Assembly (NCBI GenBank): GCA_965248575.1
Contig: CBDFJQ010000002.1
Span: 3,520,001 to 3,584,000 of the forward strand
DNA length: 64,000 bases
Source: Planctomycetota bacterium
Lineage (GTDB): Bacteria; Planctomycetota; B15-G4
Direction of reading: 5' to 3'
In this document: in pieces, positions 40,927 through 50,899 of the stretch
Layout of the letters: each line of letters opens with the position of its first letter
Position numbering within the stretch: position 1 is the stretch's first letter
The notes under the pieces: generated by a model
Told to the model about the DNA's origin: nothing
The model's input: the letters and a program-made list of their open reading frames with translations, nothing else
Database searches by the model: none
Program-made: the position numbers and the translations under genes

Positions 40927-41778
40927 CTATGCCTTGTCCGGCTCCTCCAGGAACGCCAGCGTCGTGCCCACGATCCCGAAGGGTGCCAGCAGCGGCAGCA
41001 TGCTGAGCGGCAAGCCCGTGCCCAGCACCAGCCCCCAGTGCCGTCGCGCCCAGCGGGCCCGGCGGGAGCCTGCGTACAGCTTGCGCGCGAGGGTCACGTC
41101 CAGCTGGGCGAGCCCCGCGTAGTACATGCCGGCCACCGCGAAGAGCGGGGCCCCCACGGCGGTGAAGCTCAAGAAAAAGAGCACCAGCAACACGAGCGCT
41201 TGGCGCAGGGCGAGCGACAGCGCCGCTCGCACGGAACGCAACAGGTCCATGGGCAGCTGGCTCCAGGGGCGCCCCGGGTCGTCGCGCCCGAAGTGCACCG
41301 ACTCGACCTTCTCGGAGAGCACGTCATAGAACGGTGAGTTGATCACTCCCGCCAGGAGCAGCGTTGCGAGGGCTGCGGCTAGGGCGGCAGCCATCCAGAC
41401 CAACACCTCCAGCAGCCAACCCACCGCCACCCGGGCCCAGTCGATCCAGGCCGGCCAGGTCTCGTCGAAGTTGGGCAGCAGGTCCGCCAGGTTGTCCACG
41501 GTCCAGTTGAGGGCGACGGCGAAGAGCGCGGTGTTGAGCAGCAGCGGAATGAAGACCCAAGCCCACAGGCGCTTGTGGCTCATGAGGTAGCCGAAGCCCC
41601 GGAACGGTGCGCTGAAGCCCCGCACAAGCTGGGGCGAACCCGGCTTCTGGGGCGCGGAGCCGGCGCTCGTTCCGCAGCGCGAACAACTGAGGGCCTGGTC
41701 GATTGCCACGCCACAGCCATTGCAGCGGGGCCCCCGCAGGTTTGTGATGGCGGATGCCGCTGGGTCGCTGTCGCTCAT
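40927..41778 (-). CDS. EI24/CysZ-family membrane protein with N-terminal double-CXXC zinc ribbon
   Basis: CNGC...CSRC, IPLLLN, INSPFYDVLSEKVE, multiple TM helices. Confidence 0.8.
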   Translation of the reverse strand: MSDSDPAASAITNLRGPRCNGCGVAIDQALSCSRCGTSAGSAPQKPGSPQLVRGFSAPFRGFGYLMSHKRLWAWVFIPLLLNTALFAVALNWTVDNLADLLPNFDETWPAWIDWARVAVGWLLEVLVWMAAALAAALATLLLAGVINSPFYDVLSEKVESVHFGRDDPGRPWSQLPMDLLRSVRAALSLALRQALVLLVLFFLSFTAVGAPLFAVAGMYYAGLAQLDVTLARKLYAGSRRARWARRHWGLVLGTGLPLSMLPLLAPFGIVGTTLAFLEEPDKA

Positions 41779-42031
41779 GGTCCGTAGTCTCCAAGCCGGA
41801 GAGAGGGTCGGGGCGACGCGCTGGGCAGGGGGCTGGCTGAAGCCGCCCCTGGCAGGCGGAGCCTCTGGGCAGTTGCTACCATACGGAGCTTGTCTGCGGC
41901 ACTCAGCGAGCGATTCCCCGGGACCCTGGCAGGGCTCCCGCGCAGGGGCATGGCTCGTCGAAGGCCCAGCTCACTCCATCAACGGGCCGGTTGTTGAGAC
42001 GACCCTCTTCCCCCTTTCAACGGTGACCACC

Positions 42032-43204
42032 ATGAGCGCCTTCCGCGGCCTCGATTACTACCACCTCGACGACATGCTCTCCGAAGAGGAGATCATGGTT
42101 CGTGACATGACCCGTGACTTCGTGACCGCTGAGGTCATGCCGGTGATTGCGGAGGCGTACGAGAACGCGGAGTTCCCGCGCAAGCTCATCAAGCAGGTGG
42201 GCGAGCTGGGGATGTTGGGGGCGAACCTGCCCACGGAGTACGGCTGTGCCGGCCTTGGCCCCATCGCCTACGGCCTCATCTGCCAGGAGCTCGAGCGCGG
42301 CGATTCCGGCCTGCGTAGCTTCGTGTCGGTGCAGGGCAGCCTGGCCATGTGGCCCATCTTCGCCTACGGCACCGAAGAGCAGCGCAAGCGCTGGTTGCCC
42401 GGCATGGCAGCAGGCGACCTCATCGGTTGCTTTGGCCTGACCGAGCCCGACCACGGCAGCGATCCGGGCGGCATGATCACCCGCGCCCGCAAGGACGGCG
42501 ACAGCTGGATCCTCAACGGCGCCAAGATGTGGATCACCAACGGCACCATCGCGGATGTCGCTGTGGTCTGGGCCAAGGACGACGACGGCGTCATCCAGGG
42601 CTTCCTGGTGGAGAAGGGCATGGAGGGCTTCAGCGCCCCCGAGCAAAAGCGCAAGTTCAGCCTGCGCGCCTCCGTCACCAGCGAGCTGGTCTTCGAGGAT
42701 GTGCGCGTGCCGGACAGCAACCGCCTGCCGGGTGTGCACGGGCTCAAGGGCCCCCTCGGTTGCCTGACGCAGGCCCGCTACGGCATCGCCTGGGGCGGCG
42801 TGGGCGCGGCCCTCGCCTGCTACGACGAGGTGCTCGAGTACACCAAGGGCCGGGAGCAGTTCGGCAAGCCCCTGGCGGGTTTTCAGCTGATCCAGGCCAA
42901 CCTGGCCGAGATGGTGACGGAGATCACCAAGGCTCAGCTGGTGGCCTGGCGCCTGGGCAAGCTGAAGGAAGCCAACAAGGCCCGCCCGCAGCACGTGTCC
43001 CTCGCCAAGCGCAACAACATCAAGATGGCCCTCGACATTGCGCGTATGGCGCGCGACATGCTGGGTGCCAACGGTGTGACCGGCGAGTACCAGGCCATGC
43101 GGCACATGTGCAACCTCGAGTCGGTCTACACCTACGAGGGCACGCACAACATCCACACGCTGGTTCTCGGCCACGACGTCACGGGCATCCCGGCCTACAG
43201 CTGA
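42032..43204 (+). CDS. gcdH: Acyl-CoA dehydrogenase, glutaryl-CoA dehydrogenase-like
   Basis: ELERGDSGLRS, FGLTEPDHGSDP, KMWITNG, ARYGIAWG, YTYEGTHNIH. Confidence 0.85.
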   Translation: MSAFRGLDYYHLDDMLSEEEIMVRDMTRDFVTAEVMPVIAEAYENAEFPRKLIKQVGELGMLGANLPTEYGCAGLGPIAYGLICQELERGDSGLRSFVSVQGSLAMWPIFAYGTEEQRKRWLPGMAAGDLIGCFGLTEPDHGSDPGGMITRARKDGDSWILNGAKMWITNGTIADVAVVWAKDDDGVIQGFLVEKGMEGFSAPEQKRKFSLRASVTSELVFEDVRVPDSNRLPGVHGLKGPLGCLTQARYGIAWGGVGAALACYDEVLEYTKGREQFGKPLAGFQLIQANLAEMVTEITKAQLVAWRLGKLKEANKARPQHVSLAKRNNIKMALDIARMARDMLGANGVTGEYQAMRHMCNLESVYTYEGTHNIHTLVLGHDVTGIPAYS

Positions 43205-43208
43205 TGCC

Positions 43209-44183
43209 ATGAGTGAGCCGGAGCCCGAGTCGGAGACCGCTCAGGCAGCACGCATCGAGGACATGCGAGGCGTGTTCGTGGTGGGCGTGGCGCGCTCTGG
43301 CACGTCGTTGCTGAAGGCCCTGCTCGACGGGCATCCCCAGCTCTGGGTTCCGTCGGCCGAGTCCTTTGCGGTGGATTGGTGCGAGGCCTCGGACCCGGTG
43401 GCAGCCTTTTTGGCGCTGCCGCGTTACGACGCCCTGCTGCCTGAGGGTTCGGATGCGCGGCGAGAGGTGGAGCGGGTCCTGCGCGCGGAGTTCGCCCCCG
43501 GTCAAGGTGCTCCCCGGGCCGTGCTGGCATTCTTGAAGGCCATGGCCAGGGTGCAGGCGCCAGCCGTCAGCGCCACGCATTGGGTAGAGAAGACGCCCAA
43601 GCACCTGCGTGCGGTGCCGGACTTCCTCAAGAGCTTCGGTGGCCGGGCGCGGGTGGTGTGCGTGGTGCGCGACCCCCGGGCCGTGTTGGCGAGCCAGGCC
43701 AAGCGCTGGGAACGGGGGCGTACGCCTGAGGGCATGCGCCACTTCGCCCGGCGTTGGGCCACCGGCGATGCCCTCACCCGCGAGTACCAGCGGCGTGCGA
43801 CGCAAGCGGGCTTCGGCTTCATGGCGGTGCGCTACGAGGACCTCGTGGCCCAGCCCGAGGCGATCATGCGCGAGGTGGCGACGCATCTGGACATCCCCTG
43901 GGACCCCATGCTGGTGGCACCCACCCGGGGTGGAACGGCCTGGGGCGGCAATTCCAGCTACGGCACGGACGGTGCTCCCTCGCAGATCTCCGATGTGTCC
44001 TTGCGGCGTTACGAGCAAGAGCTGCCTGCGTCCATTGTCACCGGAGTCTCGCGGCTGCTGGCCCGACGCATGGAGGCATGGGGTTATGAGCCTGGGTGCG
44101 CAGCTGCCGGCCCGGCCCGCTGGTGGGTGGAGTTGTCCACGGCCCAAGCGGTGAGCCGCACCCGGCGTCGCTGGCAGCGCTGA
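43209..44183 (+). CDS. PAPS-dependent sulfotransferase
   Basis: 5'-PSB GVARSGTSLL, EKTP, VRDPRAVLAS, VRYEDLV. Confidence 0.9.
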   Translation: MSEPEPESETAQAARIEDMRGVFVVGVARSGTSLLKALLDGHPQLWVPSAESFAVDWCEASDPVAAFLALPRYDALLPEGSDARREVERVLRAEFAPGQGAPRAVLAFLKAMARVQAPAVSATHWVEKTPKHLRAVPDFLKSFGGRARVVCVVRDPRAVLASQAKRWERGRTPEGMRHFARRWATGDALTREYQRRATQAGFGFMAVRYEDLVAQPEAIMREVATHLDIPWDPMLVAPTRGGTAWGGNSSYGTDGAPSQISDVSLRRYEQELPASIVTGVSRLLARRMEAWGYEPGCAAAGPARWWVELSTAQAVSRTRRRWQR

Positions 44184-44327
44184 GCGGGCAAACTCGCCCC
44201 AACTCGTCCCAGGTCCCGTGAGTGTTCCGGGCAGGATGGCGAGTTAGGCTGTGTCCAGGTCTGGGCGATGGCCGCATTGGGTTGTGGAACCTCCATTTGC
44301 CCGGCGGATGTGCCGATAGGAACTCCC

Positions 44328-47300
44328 ATGCGGGCAGTTTTGCTTCTCGGTCTTCTGCTGTTGTTTTCAGGCGTGCTTGCGACGCCCGTGCCTGCCCAGG
44401 ATCCGGCGGACCTCAGCAGCGACCCCACCATCGTCGACGAGCTCTCCGTCGAGGCCCTCGAGGGGGACATCGAGCGCACGAAGTCGGACGCGAAGCTGGA
44501 CGACGACGACAAGGCGAGCATCGTCGACAAGTACTCCCAGGCCCTGGCGCAGATCCAGAAGCGTGTCGAGTGGACCAATCGCCAAGACGAGGACCTCCGC
44601 CTGCAGGAGGAAGCCCCGGGACAGCTGCTGGCCATCCAGGAGCAGCTCGCGGAGGAGCCCGAGGAGTTGGCCGTCGAGGTTCCGGAGGGTGCCGAGTTCC
44701 GACAGCTGCAACAGCTGCTCGACCAGGCGACCGCCGATCTCGCTGCCGCCCAGAAGCAAAGTGAGAGCCTCGAACTTGAGCAGCGCACCCTGACGGAGCG
44801 CCGTTCGGACTTGCCGACCCGGCTGTCCGAGGCACGCGGCCGTCTCGCAGAAGTCGAGGCCGAGCTAGGGGTCCTGCCCGACTCGGCTGAGGATTCCGAA
44901 CTCGACCGTGCCGTCCGGCTTTCGATCCTCGCCCGACGGGCGGCGGTGGAGGCGGAGATCGGTGCCTACGAGCAAGAGGTGGCGAGCCTCGGTGCCCGGG
45001 ACGACCTGATTTCCGCGCGGCGCAACGAGGCCTCGCGCAACGTGACCCTGCTCGACCGCCACGCGAAAGCCTGGCGCGAGCGGGTCAACGAGCAACGTCG
45101 ATTGGATTCAGAGGCCGACGCCCAGGCAGCCCAGACCGCCTTGGATGACACCTCTGAGGGCCAGGACGTCCTCAAGCCCCTGGCTGAGTACAACGGGCAG
45201 CTGGCCGCCGAACGCCGGGACAACCTGGGCTCCAAGATCGAGCAGGTCGCCCTGCGCCTGGATGAGGTGAGTGAGACGCTCCAGGAGCTGCGCAAGCGCT
45301 TCGAAAGCGTCCAGTCCAAGTACAAGGTCGCCGGGCACACGCCCACCATCGGGCTGCTCCTGAAAGACCACCAGGACAGCTTGCTCGACGTGCGCGAGTA
45401 CCGCGCCACGACGGAACGGCGCAACGCCGAGCTGGGCGCCATCCAGCTGCAACAGATCGACTACGTGGAGCAGGCCGACGAGCTGGTCGACATGGACCGC
45501 GAAGTCGAGCGCTTCATGCTCTCGTTGGAGGAACCTCCTCTCGAGGAGGATCGCGTTGGTGCGGAGGCGGCGGTCCGGGAGCAGTTGAAGATCCGGCAGG
45601 GCATCCTGAGCGCCTTGCTGGAGGACTACAGCACCTACATCGATGGGCTCATCGACCTCTCCATCGTGGAGGAGGAGCTGATCGGGGAGACGGTGCTGTT
45701 CAAGGCCTACATCGATGAGCGTGTGCTGTGGGTGCGTATTGCGCCGCCCCTGCACACGGCCTTCTTCGAGACCTGGGACAAGACCCAGCAGGCGGTGGCC
45801 TGGCTGTTCGACGCACGCAGCTGGGGAAGCCTTGTTGCGGAGGTGCCGGCGACAGTCCAGGGAGACCCGTTAGGCATCGCGGCGCAGCTCCTGTTGGTGG
45901 TGCTGCTCGTCTTCACCCGGCCGCTCATGCGCCGCCGAATCGCCGATGATGCCTATCTGCTCGGTCGCATTCGCACGGACCGGTTCATTCACACGGTGCG
46001 CACGACGATCCTGACCACCTTGCTCGCCTCCGGCCCGCCCCTGGTGGTCTGGTTTGCGGCTGGGCTTGTGGACTCGAGTGCCGGGGACGTCGCGGTATTC
46101 GGACGATCCGTGGCTGCAGGCCTGCGTTTGTCGGCCCTGGCTTATCTGGCCTGCGAGTTGGTCTGGACCATCTGCCGGAGGCGCGGTTTAGCGGAGGCCC
46201 ACTTCCGCTGGCCCGTGGTGAGCCTGAAGCTGCTGCGCCGGCATGTGCGCTGGCTGATGCTCTTTGGTCTTCCGGTGTTGTTCGTCGTAGGGGCTGTGGA
46301 GGCCCAGGACAACAGCGCCTTCAGCGAGTCCCTGGGGCGCCTGGCCTTCATTGCCGGGCAGCTGCTGCTGGCCATCTTCGTGTACCAGGTGTTGCGGCCG
46401 TCCCACGGCGTGTTGCGCTTCATGCTGGAGCGGCAACCAAACAGCTGGACCAACCGGCTGCGCTTCCTGTGGTTCCCGTTGGCCATGGGCATGCCCATCG
46501 CCCTGATGGGGCTGGCCGTTTTGGGCTACCTATACACGGCGCACCAGTTGCAGACCCGCGCCCTGCTGACGGGTGCCATCATCGTGGGCCTCGTGTTCGT
46601 GCACGCCTTGCTGATGCGTTGGCTGCTCGTGGCACGTCGGCAGTTGGGCTTGCAACAACACCGCAAGCGGCGCGCGGCTGCCCAGGCCGAAGCCGGCGCT
46701 GCGGGCTCGTCCGCCGACGAGTACGCCGAAGAAGAGGACATCGATCTGCCCTCGGTGAGCGCCCAGTCCCAGAGCTTCGTGCAGATCCTGGTGGGCCTCA
46801 GCCTCGTCGCCGGCGTCCTGCTGGTCTGGATCGATGTGCTGCCCGCCCTCAACTTCATCGATGTTCAGCTCTGGACCCACGCCTACGAAGTGGACGTGAA
46901 TGGGGTGACGACCCCAAAGATCGACCCCATCACCCTACGCGATCTGGTGGTCGCCATCGTGCTGCTGATGTTCACCGTTGCGGCGGCGCGCAACCTTCCG
47001 GGCCTGCTCGAGATCTCGATCCTGCAGCGACTGCCTCTGCAGCGGGCCGGTCGCTATGCCATCACGACCATCTCGCGCTACCTCATCAGCGTGATCGGCA
47101 TCGCGGTGGCCTTCGGCGTGATCGGCATCGGCTGGGACACCGTGCAGTGGTTGGCCGCCGCCGTGTTCGTCGGTCTCGGTTTCGGCTTGCAGGAGATCTT
47201 CGCCAACTTCGTCTCGGGCCTGATCCTGCTGTTCGAGCGGCCGATTCGCGTGGGTGACACGGTGACGGTGGGTGAGGTCACGGGGACTGTCACCCGGATC

Positions 47301-47792
47301 CACATGCGCGCCACGACCCTGGTGACCTGGGATCGCACCGAGCTGATCGTGCCCAACCGGGAGTTCATCACGAACCAGCTCGTGAACTGGACGCTGTCCG
47401 ACTCCGTGTTGCGCGTGATCGTGAAGGTCGGCATCGCCTATGGCTCGGACACCCGCGTGGCGGAGCAGCTGCTGCACAAGATCGCAGCGGAGAACGCCGA
47501 CGTGCTTGAGGACCCGAAGCCGCGCGTCATCTTCACCCAGTTCGGGGACAGCACCCTGGACTTTGAGTTGCGGATGTTCGTGACGGATCCCGAACTGTTT
47601 CGGACCATCAGCCACCCGATCAACAACGCCATCGACCGGGAGTTCCGCGCCGCGGGTGTCGAGATCGCCTTCCCCCAGCGGGATCTGCATCTGCGCACCT
47701 CCGGGGTGACGCTGCCCTTCATTCCCGCCGATGCGAGGGTGGAGCACCAGGGCGGCCAGACCGGTGGCCAGACCAGCGGCCAGACCATCTGA
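44328..47792 (+). CDS. Large mechanosensitive channel, MscK/KefA-like
   Basis: Signal peptide, long periplasmic coiled coil, many TM helices, GLGFGLQEIFANFVSG, IVPN, IAFPQRDLH. Confidence 0.92.
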   Translation: MRAVLLLGLLLLFSGVLATPVPAQDPADLSSDPTIVDELSVEALEGDIERTKSDAKLDDDDKASIVDKYSQALAQIQKRVEWTNRQDEDLRLQEEAPGQLLAIQEQLAEEPEELAVEVPEGAEFRQLQQLLDQATADLAAAQKQSESLELEQRTLTERRSDLPTRLSEARGRLAEVEAELGVLPDSAEDSELDRAVRLSILARRAAVEAEIGAYEQEVASLGARDDLISARRNEASRNVTLLDRHAKAWRERVNEQRRLDSEADAQAAQTALDDTSEGQDVLKPLAEYNGQLAAERRDNLGSKIEQVALRLDEVSETLQELRKRFESVQSKYKVAGHTPTIGLLLKDHQDSLLDVREYRATTERRNAELGAIQLQQIDYVEQADELVDMDREVERFMLSLEEPPLEEDRVGAEAAVREQLKIRQGILSALLEDYSTYIDGLIDLSIVEEELIGETVLFKAYIDERVLWVRIAPPLHTAFFETWDKTQQAVAWLFDARSWGSLVAEVPATVQGDPLGIAAQLLLVVLLVFTRPLMRRRIADDAYLLGRIRTDRFIHTVRTTILTTLLASGPPLVVWFAAGLVDSSAGDVAVFGRSVAAGLRLSALAYLACELVWTICRRRGLAEAHFRWPVVSLKLLRRHVRWLMLFGLPVLFVVGAVEAQDNSAFSESLGRLAFIAGQLLLAIFVYQVLRPSHGVLRFMLERQPNSWTNRLRFLWFPLAMGMPIALMGLAVLGYLYTAHQLQTRALLTGAIIVGLVFVHALLMRWLLVARRQLGLQQHRKRRAAAQAEAGAAGSSADEYAEEEDIDLPSVSAQSQSFVQILVGLSLVAGVLLVWIDVLPALNFIDVQLWTHAYEVDVNGVTTPKIDPITLRDLVVAIVLLMFTVAAARNLPGLLEISILQRLPLQRAGRYAITTISRYLISVIGIAVAFGVIGIGWDTVQWLAAAVFVGLGFGLQEIFANFVSGLILLFERPIRVGDTVTVGEVTGTVTRIHMRATTLVTWDRTELIVPNREFITNQLVNWTLSDSVLRVIVKVGIAYGSDTRVAEQLLHKIAAENADVLEDPKPRVIFTQFGDSTLDFELRMFVTDPELFRTISHPINNAIDREFRAAGVEIAFPQRDLHLRTSGVTLPFIPADARVEHQGGQTGGQTSGQTI

Positions 47793-47910
47793 GGCGCGCG
47801 GGCGGCTTCCCAGCTGCCCCTCTCTTCAAGGGGTACGAGATCATGAGCGGGCAGTCCGGTACGCTCTGATTGATTGGCCCACACCTGGACGAGACGAGGA
47901 TTCACTGAGC

Positions 47911-48705
47911 ATGCGCGCGATCTTGCTGGCAGCGGGTCGAGGGCGGCGTCTGGAGGCCTCGGGGTGGGTCGATCCCAAGTGCCTGTTGCCCTTCGAAGGG
48001 ACAACCATCCTCGACAACATGCTGGATGCCTTGGTGAGCCATGGCGTGCAGGATGTGACCTTGGTGGTGGGCTACCGGCAGGAGCTCATCCGGGCGGCCG
48101 TCGAGGCGCGGGGCGACTTGCACGCGAGCTGGGTTGAGAACCTCGAGTACGAGACCACCAACACCATCAACTCCCTTTGGCGCGCTCAGGAGTTCATGGG
48201 CGAGGACTTCCTCTACTTCAACGCCGATGTGTTGTTCCACCGGGATGTGGTGGGGCGCTTGTTGGCTGCGCCGGGGAGCCGGCTGGCGGTGGACCACAAG
48301 CGCTGCGCCGAGGAAGAAGTGAAGGTGGTCCAGGATGCCTCGGGTCGAGTGCTCGAAATCGGCAAGAAGCTGGACCCTGCCCGCTGCGCCGGTGAGTTCA
48401 TCGGCATCGCCAAGTTCGAGCAGGGCATGAACGCGGCCTTCATCCAGAGCCTGGAACGGCACAACACCGAGCTCGACAACCAGAACCTGTTCTTCGAAGC
48501 GGCCCTGCACGACATCCTGGATGACCATGACGTGCGCGAGGTCGACGTGAGCGACCTGCCCGCCATCGAGATCGACTTCCCCGACGATTTGGCCCAGGCG
48601 CAGGCCGAGGTCGCGCCTCGCATCCTGGGGACCGGGGGCGGGGCGGGCGCCGGGGCGTCCGATACTCCCGCTGGTCGAAGCACTGCTGGGGACGGTCAGC
48701 AGTGA
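47911..48705 (+). CDS. Nucleotidyltransferase, phosphocholine/phosphonate cytidylyltransferase-like (LicC/PntC family)
   Basis: LLAAGRGRRL, PKCLL, YETTNTINSL, NADV, EEEVK, GEFIGI, EIDFPDDL. Confidence 0.82.
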   Translation: MRAILLAAGRGRRLEASGWVDPKCLLPFEGTTILDNMLDALVSHGVQDVTLVVGYRQELIRAAVEARGDLHASWVENLEYETTNTINSLWRAQEFMGEDFLYFNADVLFHRDVVGRLLAAPGSRLAVDHKRCAEEEVKVVQDASGRVLEIGKKLDPARCAGEFIGIAKFEQGMNAAFIQSLERHNTELDNQNLFFEAALHDILDDHDVREVDVSDLPAIEIDFPDDLAQAQAEVAPRILGTGGGAGAGASDTPAGRSTAGDGQQ

Positions 48706-49793
48706 CCGATGTGGCGTTCCGGGCCAAACGGCCCATGAACTACGAGATGTTCCGGCCCTACCACGAGCGGCTCCTGGCGGACTCGCGCATGAAGGTGCTG
48801 CTCTACGGAAAGTCCGTGGGGCGTTCGGATGCCAGCCTGTTCGACAAGGCTGGTGCGCTGCCCGCCCGGCGGCGCCCCAACTGGTTGGTGAAGTTCACCC
48901 GACCGGAGGTGCTCTTCTCGGCGGACTTCCTGCTGGCGAGCAAGCGGGCGCGCACGAGCATCCAGATCTTCCACGGCGTCTCCATCAAGAACTACTTTCT
49001 CAACGAGCGCATCCACGACTACGACCACGTGTTCGCCACGGGGCCGTACATGATCCGGCGCTACGTGGAGCGGGGTTTCTTCGAGCAGGGCGACCCCAAG
49101 CTCATGCACGTGGGCCTGCCCAAGACGGACCGGCTGACGGACGGCACCCTCAGCCGCTCGGAGTTCCTGCAGAGCCACGGCCTGGACCCGGCCCTGCCCA
49201 CGGTGCTCTACGCGCCCAGCTGGGGTCAGGAGAGCTCCTTGGACCGCATGGGCGAGGAGCTGCTGCGTTGCCTGGCGGGGCTGCCCACCAATGTCCTGGT
49301 GAAGCTGCACGACAACGCCTACGACCCGCGCTACGCCCAGCGGGATTGGCGCGCCCTGCTGGACGAGCTGAGCGGCCCGCGCTTCGCCGCGCCCGACACG
49401 TTTGACGTCATCCCCTACATGCACGCCGCCGACCTGATGGTCACGGACATCTCCTCCGTGGCCTTCGAGTGGCTCCAGGTGGATCGGCCGCTGGTCTTCA
49501 TGACCTTCCCCGACCAGTTGCAGCGTTGGGATGGCAAGGCGGACCTCGACACATGGGGGCGACGGATCGGCCGCGAATGCCACGCTGTCGAGGACCTGCC
49601 GGGCATCATCGAGGGCGAGCTGGCGCAGCCGGAGCGGCTGGGCCCGATTCGTCGCGAGGCCTGCAGCGACATCTACTTCCACGTGGGCTGCTCGACGAAC
49701 GCCGCCATGCGCGAGTTCTACGGCATCCTGGGTCGTGAGCTGCCGCCGGGGGTGTTGCGCGAGGAGACAGCAAGGGCGGGCGGCAACAGGTAG
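48702..49793 (+). CDS. CDP-glycerol glycerophosphotransferase family (TagB/TagF-like)
   Basis: QIFHGVSIK, GLPKTD, LYAPSW, VKLH, MVTDISSVAFEW; GTGA overlap with the upstream gene. Confidence 0.85.
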   Translation: MTDVAFRAKRPMNYEMFRPYHERLLADSRMKVLLYGKSVGRSDASLFDKAGALPARRRPNWLVKFTRPEVLFSADFLLASKRARTSIQIFHGVSIKNYFLNERIHDYDHVFATGPYMIRRYVERGFFEQGDPKLMHVGLPKTDRLTDGTLSRSEFLQSHGLDPALPTVLYAPSWGQESSLDRMGEELLRCLAGLPTNVLVKLHDNAYDPRYAQRDWRALLDELSGPRFAAPDTFDVIPYMHAADLMVTDISSVAFEWLQVDRPLVFMTFPDQLQRWDGKADLDTWGRRIGRECHAVEDLPGIIEGELAQPERLGPIRREACSDIYFHVGCSTNAAMREFYGILGRELPPGVLREETARAGGNR

Positions 49794-49833
49794 GATCCGA
49801 AGCCAGACCGAGTCCGAGGGAACGCACAGCGGC

Positions 49834-50877
49834 ATGAGCAGCCCGGCATTGGGAAAGAGCACGGCCCCCATCTTCGTGGTGGGCCACCCCCGCTCGGGGA
49901 CGACGCTGCTGCGCCTGATCCTCAACGCCCACTCGCGCATCGTGATTCCGCCTGAGGCGCACGTCGTGAGTTTCCTGCGGCGCTGCGAGTCCAAGTTCGG
50001 TCCCTTGGTGAACGAAGCCAACCGGCGGCGCATCGTGGAGCGCCTGGTCGCCAAGCGCCGCATGCAGGAATGGGGCCTGGACCCGGAGGCGATGTACAGC
50101 CGCTGCATGGAGGCCGAGCCCCAGACCCCCGGCGGGCTCTTCGCGGCGCTCATGTCCCTGTGGGCCGAGAAGGAGCACAAGCCGCGCTGGGGCGAGAAGA
50201 CTCCGGGCACCTATCGCTTCCTTTCGGACGTCAACGGCTGGTTCCCCGACTGCCAGGTGATCCACATCGTGCGCGATGGGCGGGACGTGGCCGTGAGCTG
50301 CCTGACGCCACCGTTCGCGGACCTGTACGACAAGGGCAACGTCTACGAGGTGGCCGTGCGCTGGCGACACGCCATCCACTGCTGCCGGCGGGCACGCCGC
50401 ACCCTGGGCCCCAGCCGCTTCCTAGAGATCCGCTACGAGGACCTGACGACGGACCCAGAGGGCGTGGTGCGCAAGCTCTGCGCCTTCCTGGGGGAGGCGT
50501 TCGAAGAGGGCATGCTCGACTACCACAAGTCGGCCACCACGCACGTGTCCCGGGGCGACAAGTCCTTCCACCAGCGCACGCAACAGTCTGTGAACCGAGG
50601 CCGGGTCGAACGCTGGCGCACCGACGCCAAGCCCGAGTTCGTGGCGGGTTTCGAGGGCGTGGCAGGTAGCGAGCTGGAGGCTTTCGGCTACCCGCTCAGT
50701 GGCATCACGCCGCCCACCCGGCAACAGGTGCGCATCCTCTACGAGAAGCTGCGGCCGCGACGGCTTGTCAAGAACTACAAGCCGCCAGGGGGTGAGAGCG
50801 CGGAGAAGCGACCACCTCAGCCGCCGAGTCCGCCCGAGACACCGCCCTCGAGCGCCGAGTCCAACTCACCCTCCTGA
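49834..50877 (+). CDS. PAPS-dependent sulfotransferase
   Basis: PIFVVGHPRSGTTLL, WGEKTP, IVRDGRDVAVS, IRYEDL. Confidence 0.92.
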   Translation: MSSPALGKSTAPIFVVGHPRSGTTLLRLILNAHSRIVIPPEAHVVSFLRRCESKFGPLVNEANRRRIVERLVAKRRMQEWGLDPEAMYSRCMEAEPQTPGGLFAALMSLWAEKEHKPRWGEKTPGTYRFLSDVNGWFPDCQVIHIVRDGRDVAVSCLTPPFADLYDKGNVYEVAVRWRHAIHCCRRARRTLGPSRFLEIRYEDLTTDPEGVVRKLCAFLGEAFEEGMLDYHKSATTHVSRGDKSFHQRTQQSVNRGRVERWRTDAKPEFVAGFEGVAGSELEAFGYPLSGITPPTRQQVRILYEKLRPRRLVKNYKPPGGESAEKRPPQPPSPPETPPSSAESNSPS

Positions 50878-50899
50878 GCAGCCGGGCCAGGTGCCGGGC

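Noticed and set aside
44191..44245. AACTCGCC...GGCGAGTT hairpin between the sulfotransferase and the mscK-like gene
   Set aside because: No recognisable riboswitch consensus or U-tract; a single copy only.
47749..47788. 12-bp imperfect repeats (GGQT x3) at the end of the MscK-like gene
   Set aside because: A short low-complexity tail with no evident function.
47875..47890. TGGCCC-ACAC-CTGGA as a sigma54 promoter
   Set aside because: It lacks the -12 TGC element.
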